From: Chitinophaga sp.
Lineage (GTDB): Bacteria; Bacteroidota; Bacteroidia; Chitinophagales; Chitinophagaceae
DNA: 64,000 nt
Direction: 5' to 3'
NCBI RefSeq assembly: GCF_039596135.1
Contig: NZ_JBCNKH010000001.1
Location: 330,781-394,780, forward strand
Program-made: the position numbers and the translations under genes
The notes under the pieces: generated by a model
Database searches by the model: none
Seen by the model: the letters and a program-made list of their open reading frames with translations, nothing else
Told to the model about the DNA's origin: nothing
Shown: piece after piece, positions 47,081 through 55,842 of the stretch
How the letters are laid out: each line of letters opens with the position of its first letter
Numbering within the stretch: the stretch's first letter is position 1

Positions 47081-47111
47081 AAAAAGGTCCTGCCAGAGGC
47101 AGGACCTTTTT
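47081..47111. terminator. bidirectional terminator shared by the helicase-nuclease gene and the vWA/AAA+ operon
   Basis: AAAAAGGTCCTGCC-AGA-GGCAGGACCTTTTT lies in the 38-nt gap between the two convergent stop codons. Confidence 0.85.
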
Positions 47112-47117
47112 GTTAAT

Positions 47118-48248
47118 TTATTTTTTTAATACAAGATCTTCTCTTGCTGCCCAGGTATTTATATCCTGTTTACTCAACGCGGCTGCCATCATATCGGGAA
47201 ACTTATCCGGCGTACATGCAAATACAGGAATACCCAAATTGGAAAGGAACTGTGCATTGTCATGATCGTAATAAGGTGCACCATCATCATTCAATGCGAG
47301 TAATACAATGACCTGTACACCAGCGGCTACTAATTCGGCAGCGCGCTTACGCATACGATCATTACTACCCCCTTCAAATAAGTCAGTGATTAACACTAAT
47401 ACGGTATCTGTTGGCCTGGTAATAATCTGCTGGCAATAATTTAGTGCTAACTGTATATCTGTGCCACCACCCAACTGTACACCGAATAACAAATCGACCG
47501 GATCTTTCAGTTCTTCTGTCAGATCAGCCACAGATGTGTCGAAGACCACCATCTTTGTTTTGATAGCAGGAATAGATGCCATTACAGAACCGAAAATACC
47601 GGAGTATACAACTGATGTACCCATAGAGCCACTCTGGTCCAGGCAGAGCACGACGTCTTTTAATGAGGTCGTTTTGCGGCCATAGCCAATGCGGGTTTCA
47701 GGAATAATTGTTTTATACTCAGGCTGATAGTGACGCAGGTTTTTTAAGATGGTCGCATGCCAGTTGATTTCATTATGTTTAGGACGACGATTCCTGATAC
47801 TGCGATGTAAGCTACCGGTGATTGCCTGTTGTGTGGGCTGTGTGAGTTTCTTCAATAGTTCTTCCACGACCCTGCGTACTACCTGTCTGGCAGTATCTTT
47901 TGTTTTGTCAGGAATGGCGTGGCGCAATGTTAATAAGGTTGCTACCAAGTGAACATCAGGTTCTACATTTTCCAGCATCTCTTTTTCAAAGAGCATCTGT
48001 GTAATGTTCAATCGCTGCAGTGCATCGCGCTGCATGACCTGCACCACAGAAGCAGGGAAGAATGTACGGATGTCACCGAGCCAACGGCTTACGTTAGGAG
48101 AGGAGGGACCGAGTCCGCCTTTCTTTTCACTATCGTAGAGTGCTTCCAGTGCCTGGTCCATTTTCAATTCGTCGCCAGTGAGATTGAAACCTGTGCCGTC
48201 AGATTCTTTACCACCGAGTACGAGTCGCCATTTATGTAAGTTGTCCAT
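47118..48248 (-). CDS. CoxE-type von Willebrand factor A domain protein (YehP-like)
   Basis: 376 aa. The N-terminal helical region is typical of the VWA_CoxE family. MIDAS motif DQSGS at nt 47639-47625. Start is 4 nt after the upstream stop. Confidence 0.8.
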   Translation of the reverse strand: MDNLHKWRLVLGGKESDGTGFNLTGDELKMDQALEALYDSEKKGGLGPSSPNVSRWLGDIRTFFPASVVQVMQRDALQRLNITQMLFEKEMLENVEPDVHLVATLLTLRHAIPDKTKDTARQVVRRVVEELLKKLTQPTQQAITGSLHRSIRNRRPKHNEINWHATILKNLRHYQPEYKTIIPETRIGYGRKTTSLKDVVLCLDQSGSMGTSVVYSGIFGSVMASIPAIKTKMVVFDTSVADLTEELKDPVDLLFGVQLGGGTDIQLALNYCQQIITRPTDTVLVLITDLFEGGSNDRMRKRAAELVAAGVQVIVLLALNDDGAPYYDHDNAQFLSNLGIPVFACTPDKFPDMMAAALSKQDINTWAAREDLVLKK

Positions 48249-48252
48249 TGAT

Positions 48253-50478
48253 TTAGTTTTTAAAGCCCAGCATTTTCATCACAATCGGAATACCTTTTTC
48301 TGCACGTGTTGCATCAAAATGCACTTCGGCAGTTGTTGATACAGCATTGCCTGTAGTAACACCGCTCTTTGCTTTTTCACCGAGCTTTCTTCTTTCAGGT
48401 TTACTGAATCCTGAAAATGTTCTTCTCAGTAAAGGTAGCAATTGAGTAAATGTATCCTGGTTCAGCTGATTCATCCAGTTGTTTACCACTGTCCACAGAT
48501 CATTGTCTACTAACAATAATGTGCCACTGCCTTTTAAGAAGCCTTCCAGCCATGCTGCAGCTACTGCAGGAGGATTGGCGGTAGACATGGCATAACTGAA
48601 TGCTTTCACCAGCTCTGCACCTGTAATTTGCCTGTGATCAGACAGTAAGCGGGTAGCATATCCACCGATCACGGCGGAGGTGTTATTATTATGAGCGATA
48701 TAAGATAATGTCTGTTGCCATTGTGTGCTAAGATCATCCTGTTGCAATAAGAGAATCGCATCGTTCATGTTGTAGAATAACTCCAGCAATTGTAATGCGG
48801 CATCTTCTGCAATACTTGTACAGGCAGCAGGCAAACTGATGCAGGTGCGGGTGATCATACCGTTAATGATACCTTCTACCAGCGCTGCGTCTGTTTTACG
48901 TACGTTGCCATATCTGCTTATTTGTACCAGGTTTGGTAGTACCGTCATTAGCTGCATGACATCGCCGGTAGCAGCAGCGAGGTTATTGATTTGCTGGATC
49001 AATAAGTCGATAGCAGCATCCAATTCGGCGGGAATAGCGCTTTCCAGTAAGTCGCATACTTCTTTCAGGGTAGTAGCTGATTGTGCCCGATATTTTACAT
49101 AACTGTTGGTTGCCTCTTCTACAGTGTTGCCCCAGCTACCCCGTTCAATGATATCAATGGATAAAGACGGATCCCATTGTAAGCGCCATTGTTCCTTGAA
49201 AGTGCCTTTGCCGGATACATCGTATCGGTCCCCCCATTTGATACCTAGCAATTCCAGGCGGTGCAGGAAGATGCTTCGCTCCAGGTCATTTTCTTTTCTG
49301 AGGTCTAAAGTGTAATCTTTGAAATCGGCGGTCTGTGGTAAGCGCAGTTTCTTTTGCAGCTTTTCAATGTCTGTCTGTAATGGTGGACGAGGTACATCGA
49401 TAGGTACTTCACCAATCTTATCACTGACGATCAATGCTTTTTCAATCAGTTTGACCAGGATGTCTTCCCCATTACACAATACACTCAACGTGGCTTCATT
49501 CAGTTCTTCCAAACCGGGTCTTGGTAAACCACGTAAGGATGCTAATGCAGTTGCCAGACGAACAGCTTCCATCACATGTGCAACAGAAATATCTTTTTGT
49601 TCTTCCCTGAAGAGTCTTGCTACGCGTGCCATCCAGCGGGAGCCATCATCGGTGGGATAGTGCCACAGGTGCTCATACCAACCGGGTGAATTGATGCCTG
49701 CACCATAACCACTGTTGTAACTCAAACGGTTATATGTCCAGGGTACCCACGATACCGCCGTTTTTACTTTGGGCAATCCTTTCAGCAGTTCATTGTCATC
49801 TTTTGCTTTGGGCATGTGCGTGAGTGCTGGTGCATGCCATGCACCACATACTACGGCAATTTCTGTGTACATTTCCTTTTCTGCCTGCCGGATGGTTTTA
49901 CGCATCCAGGCTTCACGCAATTGTTCTTCCCTGTCGTAGGGGAGCGGGAGGTCTGTACGCAGGGCATGCATGCCTTCGGTAATGGCATCGAATACCTGCT
50001 CTTCATCCTGCCGGTATTCAAATTCATGTTCCCACCAGGTTTCTTCTTCTTCAAAACCGGCAGCAGCAGCCAGCCATGCAATAGGATTGCGCCTGAGCGT
50101 TTCTGCATCCGGAATAGCAATGCTATTATTTAAAGAAGAATCAGCAGTAGGTTGATGACGCAGGTCAAACTGATACGCCATTGGCAGATCCATGAATTTA
50201 ACAGGAATCTTATTTTGTCTTGCATATAGTATTGCCTGCCACTCCGGAGAGAATTCCGAGAATGGATAGAACACTGCTTTTTTTGGATCATCGGGTTGGA
50301 ATACGAGAATCGCTACCGGAGGTTTCAATTCATCATGTCCCACCCATTCCAGTATACCATCGGCATCTGGCGGGCCTTCTACCAGCACGATGTCCGGTTT
50401 GATCTTTTCCAGGGCAGCGCGCACTCTCCTGGCAGAGCCGGGACCATGATGCCGTATGCCCAGTATATGAGTTGACAT
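48253..50478 (-). CDS. DUF5682-like protein (YehM-like), function unknown
   Basis: 741 aa. N-terminus MSTHILGIRHHGPGSARRVRAALEKIKPDIVLVEGPPD, as I recall for the DUF5682/YehM family. Start is 9 nt after the AAA+ stop. Confidence 0.7.
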   Translation of the reverse strand: MSTHILGIRHHGPGSARRVRAALEKIKPDIVLVEGPPDADGILEWVGHDELKPPVAILVFQPDDPKKAVFYPFSEFSPEWQAILYARQNKIPVKFMDLPMAYQFDLRHQPTADSSLNNSIAIPDAETLRRNPIAWLAAAAGFEEEETWWEHEFEYRQDEEQVFDAITEGMHALRTDLPLPYDREEQLREAWMRKTIRQAEKEMYTEIAVVCGAWHAPALTHMPKAKDDNELLKGLPKVKTAVSWVPWTYNRLSYNSGYGAGINSPGWYEHLWHYPTDDGSRWMARVARLFREEQKDISVAHVMEAVRLATALASLRGLPRPGLEELNEATLSVLCNGEDILVKLIEKALIVSDKIGEVPIDVPRPPLQTDIEKLQKKLRLPQTADFKDYTLDLRKENDLERSIFLHRLELLGIKWGDRYDVSGKGTFKEQWRLQWDPSLSIDIIERGSWGNTVEEATNSYVKYRAQSATTLKEVCDLLESAIPAELDAAIDLLIQQINNLAAATGDVMQLMTVLPNLVQISRYGNVRKTDAALVEGIINGMITRTCISLPAACTSIAEDAALQLLELFYNMNDAILLLQQDDLSTQWQQTLSYIAHNNNTSAVIGGYATRLLSDHRQITGAELVKAFSYAMSTANPPAVAAAWLEGFLKGSGTLLLVDNDLWTVVNNWMNQLNQDTFTQLLPLLRRTFSGFSKPERRKLGEKAKSGVTTGNAVSTTAEVHFDATRAEKGIPIVMKMLGFKN

Positions 50479-50487
50479 AATATGCGT

Positions 50488-51564
50488 TTACAGGTCCCGG
50501 AATGCCCGGTAAATATCTTTCCACTCGTCTCTTGTTTTGATGACAGTTTCGAGGTATTCCTGCCATACAATTTTATCCTGCACAGGATCTTTGATTACAG
50601 CGCCGATAATACCTGCTGCAAGATCTGCTGCTTTGAGCGCGCCATCCCCAAAGTAAGCCGCCATTGCCAGCCCATTGTTCACTACAGAAATAGCTTCGGC
50701 AGTGCTGAGTGTTCCGCTTGGTACTTTGATCTTGGTCTTGCCATCGGCAGTAATACCGCTACGCAGTTCACGGAAGATGGTAACGATACGACGAATCTCT
50801 GCCAGTGCTGGTTTTTCGGCCGGGAGGTCCATTACTTTTTCATAGCTTTCTACTCTTCTCTTCACGATGTCGATCTCTTCTTCCATATTGTCAGGAACAG
50901 GAAGAATAACGGTATTAAAACGGCGTTTTAAGGCGCTGGAAAGGTCGTTTACACCTTTGTCCCTGTTATTGGCTGTGGCGATGATATTAAAGCCTTTTTG
51001 GGCCATTATTGCTGTGTTCAGCTCAGGGATAGGGAGTGTTTTTTCAGAGAGGATGGTGATGAGTGTATCCTGTACATCTGCACCGATACGGGTCAGCTCT
51101 TCAATACGGGCGATCTTACCATCTTTCATAGCGCGCATCACGGGTGTTTCCACGATAGCGCCTGTGGTAGGACCTTCTGCCAGCAGGCGGGCATAGTTCC
51201 AGCCATAACGGATGGCTTCTTCACCGGTACCGGCAGTACCCTGTACGATCATGGTAGAATCACCGCTAATAGCTGCTGCAAGATGTTCGCTCACCCAGCT
51301 TTTGGCAGTACCTGGCAAACCGTAGAGCAACAATGCCCGGTCGGTAGTAAGGGTTGCTACGGCGATTTCCATGAGACGGCGGTTACCAATGTATTTAGGT
51401 TGTACTTCAAATCCATTTTTCAGGGTACCACCAATGAGGTAAGTAACAACAGCTTGTGGAGATAGTTTCCACATATAAGGACGCTTTTCAGTATCCTGCT
51501 TTTGCAGTTCTTCCAGTTCCTGTGCGAACAGCTGTTCCGCGTGTTGACGTAAAATGTTGGACAT
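50488..51564 (-). CDS. MoxR/AAA_5-type AAA+ ATPase (YehL-like)
   Basis: 358 aa. Walker A GLPGTAKS (nt 51321-51298), Walker B-like KIARIEE, ATANNRD and ALKRRF. Confidence 0.85.
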   Translation of the reverse strand: MSNILRQHAEQLFAQELEELQKQDTEKRPYMWKLSPQAVVTYLIGGTLKNGFEVQPKYIGNRRLMEIAVATLTTDRALLLYGLPGTAKSWVSEHLAAAISGDSTMIVQGTAGTGEEAIRYGWNYARLLAEGPTTGAIVETPVMRAMKDGKIARIEELTRIGADVQDTLITILSEKTLPIPELNTAIMAQKGFNIIATANNRDKGVNDLSSALKRRFNTVILPVPDNMEEEIDIVKRRVESYEKVMDLPAEKPALAEIRRIVTIFRELRSGITADGKTKIKVPSGTLSTAEAISVVNNGLAMAAYFGDGALKAADLAAGIIGAVIKDPVQDKIVWQEYLETVIKTRDEWKDIYRAFRDL

Positions 51565-51587
51565 TTTTTATCTGCTTAAAAAGGTGA

Positions 51588-53063
51588 TCATTTTGTATTC
51601 AAGAAAGCTTTATTGATCGCTGCTTTGCAGGTCAATAATCTTTTGATATGTTCTGAGGTATTCTTCCAGGTGGCCTGGTAGGCGGGTAGTTCAGGGGTAA
51701 AGCTTTCCAGTTCGCCTGCGATTAACAAGGGTATATTCTGTACCTGCTTGTCAAAGAAGTTGCGGTTGTACTGGTAAGGGTTTTTAGCAATCCATTTGAA
51801 CAGTTCCCTGGTAATGGGCAGGCCCCATTCATAATCGCGTTCGCTGAGAAAGCGGATCATGAATTGTGGTTCTTTTTCAAAGTATTTGAGCGCATAAGCT
51901 TCCTGTTCGTGAACGGGTAATGCCTCCAGCGCATCTTTGAAAAACTCTTTACTTTCTTTCAGGATCAGCTGTAGCCATTCCAGGTCTTTGAAGCGGATAG
52001 CTGCTAAACCTAATGCCTGCATGAAATGCTGTGTGATCTCTGTATTATTAAAATAAGAGAGTACGCCTTTTTTATCAGTGTCCAGGTAGTTTTCCCACCA
52101 GGCAGGAGGTACATAAGTCGTGAGCTGAAAGAGAATGAAAGCATCGTCGCTCACACTTTTGGAACTACTTAATAATTGAATACCGGAATCAGCAATCCGT
52201 TTATCAGAAGGGAGTTGCAATGAGATGTCCAGCGACTTTTTATTCAGCAATCCTTTTTTAGTAGGGGTGATGCTTTGTTGTAATAACTGCCAGTAAGCCT
52301 GGATGATAGAAGACGTGGGCAATTGTTTGAGCAATGTCCAGGTTTCGTCTTTTACTTTTGAGCTTTTGTCAGTGAGCAGTGTTTCCAGCCAGGGCACATC
52401 TTCTTCGCCGGCATTGATTTGCAACACTTTCAGGAGTTCGGCACGGGTGGCAGCGTTTTCCTGTGACCATGTTTGCTGCAGCCATTCCCTGGCTTGTGCG
52501 GGGTTTTCCTGTCTTATAGTAGACAGTACCTGTTTGCGATCTTCCAGTGATCCTGTCTGCCAGTGATCTTCGTTGGTATCTGCTTTTTTGAATGCCCAGG
52601 CAGGATTGAGTTGCCCCAGCCATTCACCTCTTTTACCACAAACGGTGACAGTCAGACTTCTCCATTGTTTTTCCCTGATAGACATATCCATCAGGATAGG
52701 AATGAATTCAGGTGGCGCCAGTTGTTGTGCTGCTGCGCAGGCTTCCATCCAATAGAGGATCAGTGCCTGCAGACCCATGTCGATGGCAGTGTATAATGCC
52801 TGCCATGCAGCAGCACTGCAATAGGGCAGTACTTCGGCAGGTGCAGCTTCGAGGGTGACGCTACTGTCCTGCAGGGCAGTGACGCCGCTCTGGCGATAGT
52901 TGAGCGCAATAGCGGCAAGGTGCAGAAACTGTGTTTCCACATCCAGCGATTTATCTCCCAATACGGTATCAGCTACAGCAGATAATGCAGGGGGGAGATC
53001 GTCTTTGCGCAGTTGTTTTTTGCCTGTACCTAACAGGACGGTGTTAACAATATTATTCCACAT
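51588..53063 (-). CDS. DUF5691-like all-helical protein, function unknown
   Basis: 491 aa from ATG 53063 (MWNNIVNTVLLGTGKK). The track start at 53114 would overlap the SWIM gene by 35 nt. Helical-repeat-like composition. Always next to the SWIM protein in this cluster type (recall). Confidence 0.65.
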   Translation of the reverse strand: MWNNIVNTVLLGTGKKQLRKDDLPPALSAVADTVLGDKSLDVETQFLHLAAIALNYRQSGVTALQDSSVTLEAAPAEVLPYCSAAAWQALYTAIDMGLQALILYWMEACAAAQQLAPPEFIPILMDMSIREKQWRSLTVTVCGKRGEWLGQLNPAWAFKKADTNEDHWQTGSLEDRKQVLSTIRQENPAQAREWLQQTWSQENAATRAELLKVLQINAGEEDVPWLETLLTDKSSKVKDETWTLLKQLPTSSIIQAYWQLLQQSITPTKKGLLNKKSLDISLQLPSDKRIADSGIQLLSSSKSVSDDAFILFQLTTYVPPAWWENYLDTDKKGVLSYFNNTEITQHFMQALGLAAIRFKDLEWLQLILKESKEFFKDALEALPVHEQEAYALKYFEKEPQFMIRFLSERDYEWGLPITRELFKWIAKNPYQYNRNFFDKQVQNIPLLIAGELESFTPELPAYQATWKNTSEHIKRLLTCKAAINKAFLNTK

Positions 53064-53079
53064 AAGTTTTGTCCCGCGA

Positions 53080-54375
53080 TTACAATAGTTTATAAGAGCC
53101 GTTGTGCCATGCACCTAAAGGTTCGTATTGTTGTTCTTTGCCCAGCAGCGCCATGTTCAGCGGTTGACCGCCGCTGAGGGCGAGTAGCTTCCAGATGTTT
53201 GCATAGCCGGTTTTCAGTGGCATCAGTCTTTCTTCCTGGTCTTTGAGCCACCATTGCAAATTGTGTTGTACAGGGGTTAGTTGCTGTACAATGTAAGGTC
53301 GCTCGCTGCGCACAGGCATCAGTTCGAACAGTGAAGTTTCTGTATCTGTGACCTGTGTCCAGCCTTGCATACCTGTTACTTCAGGCAGGGAGATGTTGGA
53401 GACAGGATATTTAATGATAGCTCTGAGTGGCGTAGGTGAAGGGAAGTAGACCAGTTCGCCCAGTAGTGCAATACCCGGTGTAATCAATACTTCGGGCCGG
53501 GTCTGGTTCTTGACATAAAATTGTAGTACCAGGGCAGACCGCTGACTATGCTGACCATAGAGCCAGTAGCGCTCTGTGACCAGGTTTTCTTCTTCATTGA
53601 TCTGTTTACTGAGTACCAGCCAGGTATCTTTGATGCCTGTTTGTTGCTTGAGGGCTTCCTGGTTCTGGGTAAAGCCGATTAACGTGCGGAGTTCCTGTTG
53701 TAGCGGTTCATTCAAACCAGCACTTTGGGTATACCCCTGTACTACAAGATAGATGCGTAGCAGCTGATCGAGAAAGGCATTCTGCCAGCCTTCGCTATAG
53801 AAGTTCGTTTCGCCAAGGGCGCGTACCATTCCGGCAAGACCGGATGCCTGTGCATCGACCATTCTCCTGGCCATATTTTCCCAGTAAGCGTCTCCTTTTT
53901 CAGGGATCTGCAGCAGTCCATTGCGAACAATGTCTTTCATCCAGAGCATGAGTTCTGTGATACCATCAGCTACTTTTTGCTGGCGTGCCTGTAGTCTTTT
54001 GGCCTGTGCATTTTCGTCTACGGGTTTATCAGTTTTTTCTACTTTCTTTTCAGCCCGTTTGGATAGCCATTCACTCACCCATGCAGGAGGGGTATTGTCT
54101 GTGAAGGTATCTTTTTGCCGGGCATACAGGAGCATGAGTCCAATACCGTGTTTGCAGGGGAATTTACGACTGGGGCAGCTGCATTTGAAGGCTACGTTTA
54201 CGATGTCTACCTGGGTTTGATACGGCTTGCTGCCGCTACCCTGGCATTCCCCCCATAAGGCGTCGGTGTTGGCGCCTTTGCTTACCCATTTTCCCGGACT
54301 TGCCAATGCGGATCCCGCTTTTCGGGAAGCGTCGTCCGGGGCTAAACCTATTACATGTTCTTCTGTCAGGAGCAA
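53080..54375 (-). CDS. SWIM zinc finger domain protein (YehQ-like)
   Basis: 431 aa. SWIM CxCxnCxH = C65-S-C67-PSRKFP-C74-K-H76 (nt 54183-54148). Apparent TTG start with no in-frame ATG nearby. Begins 16 nt after the upstream membrane-protein gene. Confidence 0.75.
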   Translation of the reverse strand: MLLTEEHVIGLAPDDASRKAGSALASPGKWVSKGANTDALWGECQGSGSKPYQTQVDIVNVAFKCSCPSRKFPCKHGIGLMLLYARQKDTFTDNTPPAWVSEWLSKRAEKKVEKTDKPVDENAQAKRLQARQQKVADGITELMLWMKDIVRNGLLQIPEKGDAYWENMARRMVDAQASGLAGMVRALGETNFYSEGWQNAFLDQLLRIYLVVQGYTQSAGLNEPLQQELRTLIGFTQNQEALKQQTGIKDTWLVLSKQINEEENLVTERYWLYGQHSQRSALVLQFYVKNQTRPEVLITPGIALLGELVYFPSPTPLRAIIKYPVSNISLPEVTGMQGWTQVTDTETSLFELMPVRSERPYIVQQLTPVQHNLQWWLKDQEERLMPLKTGYANIWKLLALSGGQPLNMALLGKEQQYEPLGAWHNGSYKLL

Positions 54376-54391
54376 TGGAGTAGATATTTAA

Positions 54392-54730
54392 TTATACAAA
54401 GATGAATGAATACAGCCGGACGTAAATCATGACGATGTACGCCAGCAGGATGACTGCGTTCAATACCAGCAGCCAGTTGTAATCAATGACGGAGTATTTC
54501 TTTTTGATCACAAGAATGATCAGGGTAAGCAGACCTACAAAGAGCAGGGCAGGAGCAATCAGGGTTAGTTTATTTGGGATGACGAAGTGTGCATTTTCCA
54601 GTCTTTTGCTCCACGGTTGTTCGCCGGTGATAAAAGGGAGTGCGCCTACAAATACGATGATGACAAATAAACGGATAGCCGATTTTGCTGCGATTTTGCT
54701 GATCTTAAGAGCCCTTGTTTCCTTTTCCAT
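54392..54730 (-). CDS. small integral membrane protein (3 predicted TM helices)
   Basis: 112-aa ORF with three long hydrophobic segments. Packed between two same-strand genes with gaps of 20 and 16 nt. Confidence 0.55.
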   Translation of the reverse strand: MEKETRALKISKIAAKSAIRLFVIIVFVGALPFITGEQPWSKRLENAHFVIPNKLTLIAPALLFVGLLTLIILVIKKKYSVIDYNWLLVLNAVILLAYIVMIYVRLYSFIFV

Positions 54731-54750
54731 GATTGATTAATTAGTGGTCA

Positions 54751-55665
54751 CTAAGTTCGGGATTTAGTATTTAAAATCAATAGCCAATGGATAAGCGTTC
54801 CTGCGAATAGGCTCAGTACGCTGAGAAGGGTCATCCATGTATTTTCTTCGGCAAAGCCGCCAATGAATAGCCAGCAGAAAAAGTAGATGTGGAACCATGC
54901 GGGCACCAGCCAGGTGATAAAGGGTAGTTTGAACGGTTGTCGTTTCATTTTAATGATCTCAATTGCGGTTAGTATTGCAAAGAAAAGGAGGGTAAATACC
55001 AACTTATCTGCGCTCAGAATATTAAAATGATTTTTTAGAAAAAAAGATATGGGAAAAAGGGTAACATATAAGGCGACTTGTGAAATAAGGATGGCGAATA
55101 TTGGAATGGCTATTTTCCAGGTGCGGGTCTTTTCGAGATAGCGGGAAAAGAGGGAATAGAAGAATACGACACATAACCAGCCGTAGAAATTACCCCAGGG
55201 TACACCGAAGTATTGAGCGGTAAGGGCAACGGATGGATTGATGATGGTTTCCCAGTTCCAATGCCACATGTGCAGGCGGTAGGCCACTACATCCATGCTC
55301 CAGTCAATGTTCAGGGCGAGCAGTGCTTCCATAGCGGCGGCGGGCCAGATGCGCATGTTCATACTTTCGGTGATCAGGCGGGAGGTGTACATGATGATGC
55401 CCCAGCCGGCGCCGATGCCTACCGGGATGTCACCGATCATGAGGAGGAAGTGACCGTATCTGTAACCGGCATTGGCTCTTACATTTATATATTCCAGGAG
55501 GAGGCCGAAACCAAGCCCGCCGAGGAGGTAAGCGAGTTTGGAGATGCCTTGTTTACAGGCGTGGTACAGGCATAATAAAAAGAGGATGTACATGCAGATT
55601 TCGGTAAGGGGATAGCAGATGGCGGGGGGATAGCCGTAAGGCATATCGGCAAATGGACGATTCAT
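54751..55665 (-). CDS. polytopic membrane protein, possibly DUF422/carotenoid-biosynthesis-associated family
   Basis: 305 aa from ATG 55665 (MNRPFADMPYG), with about 8 hydrophobic helices. The segment AGYRYGHFLLMIGDIPVGIGAGWGIIMY recalls the DUF422 family. The track extension to 55797 is created by a tandem repeat. Confidence 0.55.
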   Translation of the reverse strand: MNRPFADMPYGYPPAICYPLTEICMYILFLLCLYHACKQGISKLAYLLGGLGFGLLLEYINVRANAGYRYGHFLLMIGDIPVGIGAGWGIIMYTSRLITESMNMRIWPAAAMEALLALNIDWSMDVVAYRLHMWHWNWETIINPSVALTAQYFGVPWGNFYGWLCVVFFYSLFSRYLEKTRTWKIAIPIFAILISQVALYVTLFPISFFLKNHFNILSADKLVFTLLFFAILTAIEIIKMKRQPFKLPFITWLVPAWFHIYFFCWLFIGGFAEENTWMTLLSVLSLFAGTLIHWLLILNTKSRT

Positions 55666-55707
55666 TATAGTAGATTTTGATTGGCCTGCGGCAGCAAGGA
55701 AGAACCA

Positions 55708-55842
55708 TTTTTTTAGGCAGACGCCTGATGTGAGATTTTCTTTGGCAGCAGCGAGGATTTTTTTTAGGTTAATGCCTGTGGCAAGTTTTCTATGCAACAG
55801 GGAGGAAAATCTTTTTTAGGTTAATGCCTGAATTGAGATTCC
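55708..55842. repeat. about 2.6 copies of a 50-54-bp tandem repeat overlapping the 3' end of the MFS gene
   Basis: TTTTTTTAGGCAGACGCCTGATGTGAGATTTTC, TTTTTTTTAGGTTAATGCCTGTGGCAAGTTTTC and TTTTTTAGGTTAATGCCTGAATTGAGATTCC. The third copy encodes the MFS C-terminus and stop codon. Confidence 0.75.
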
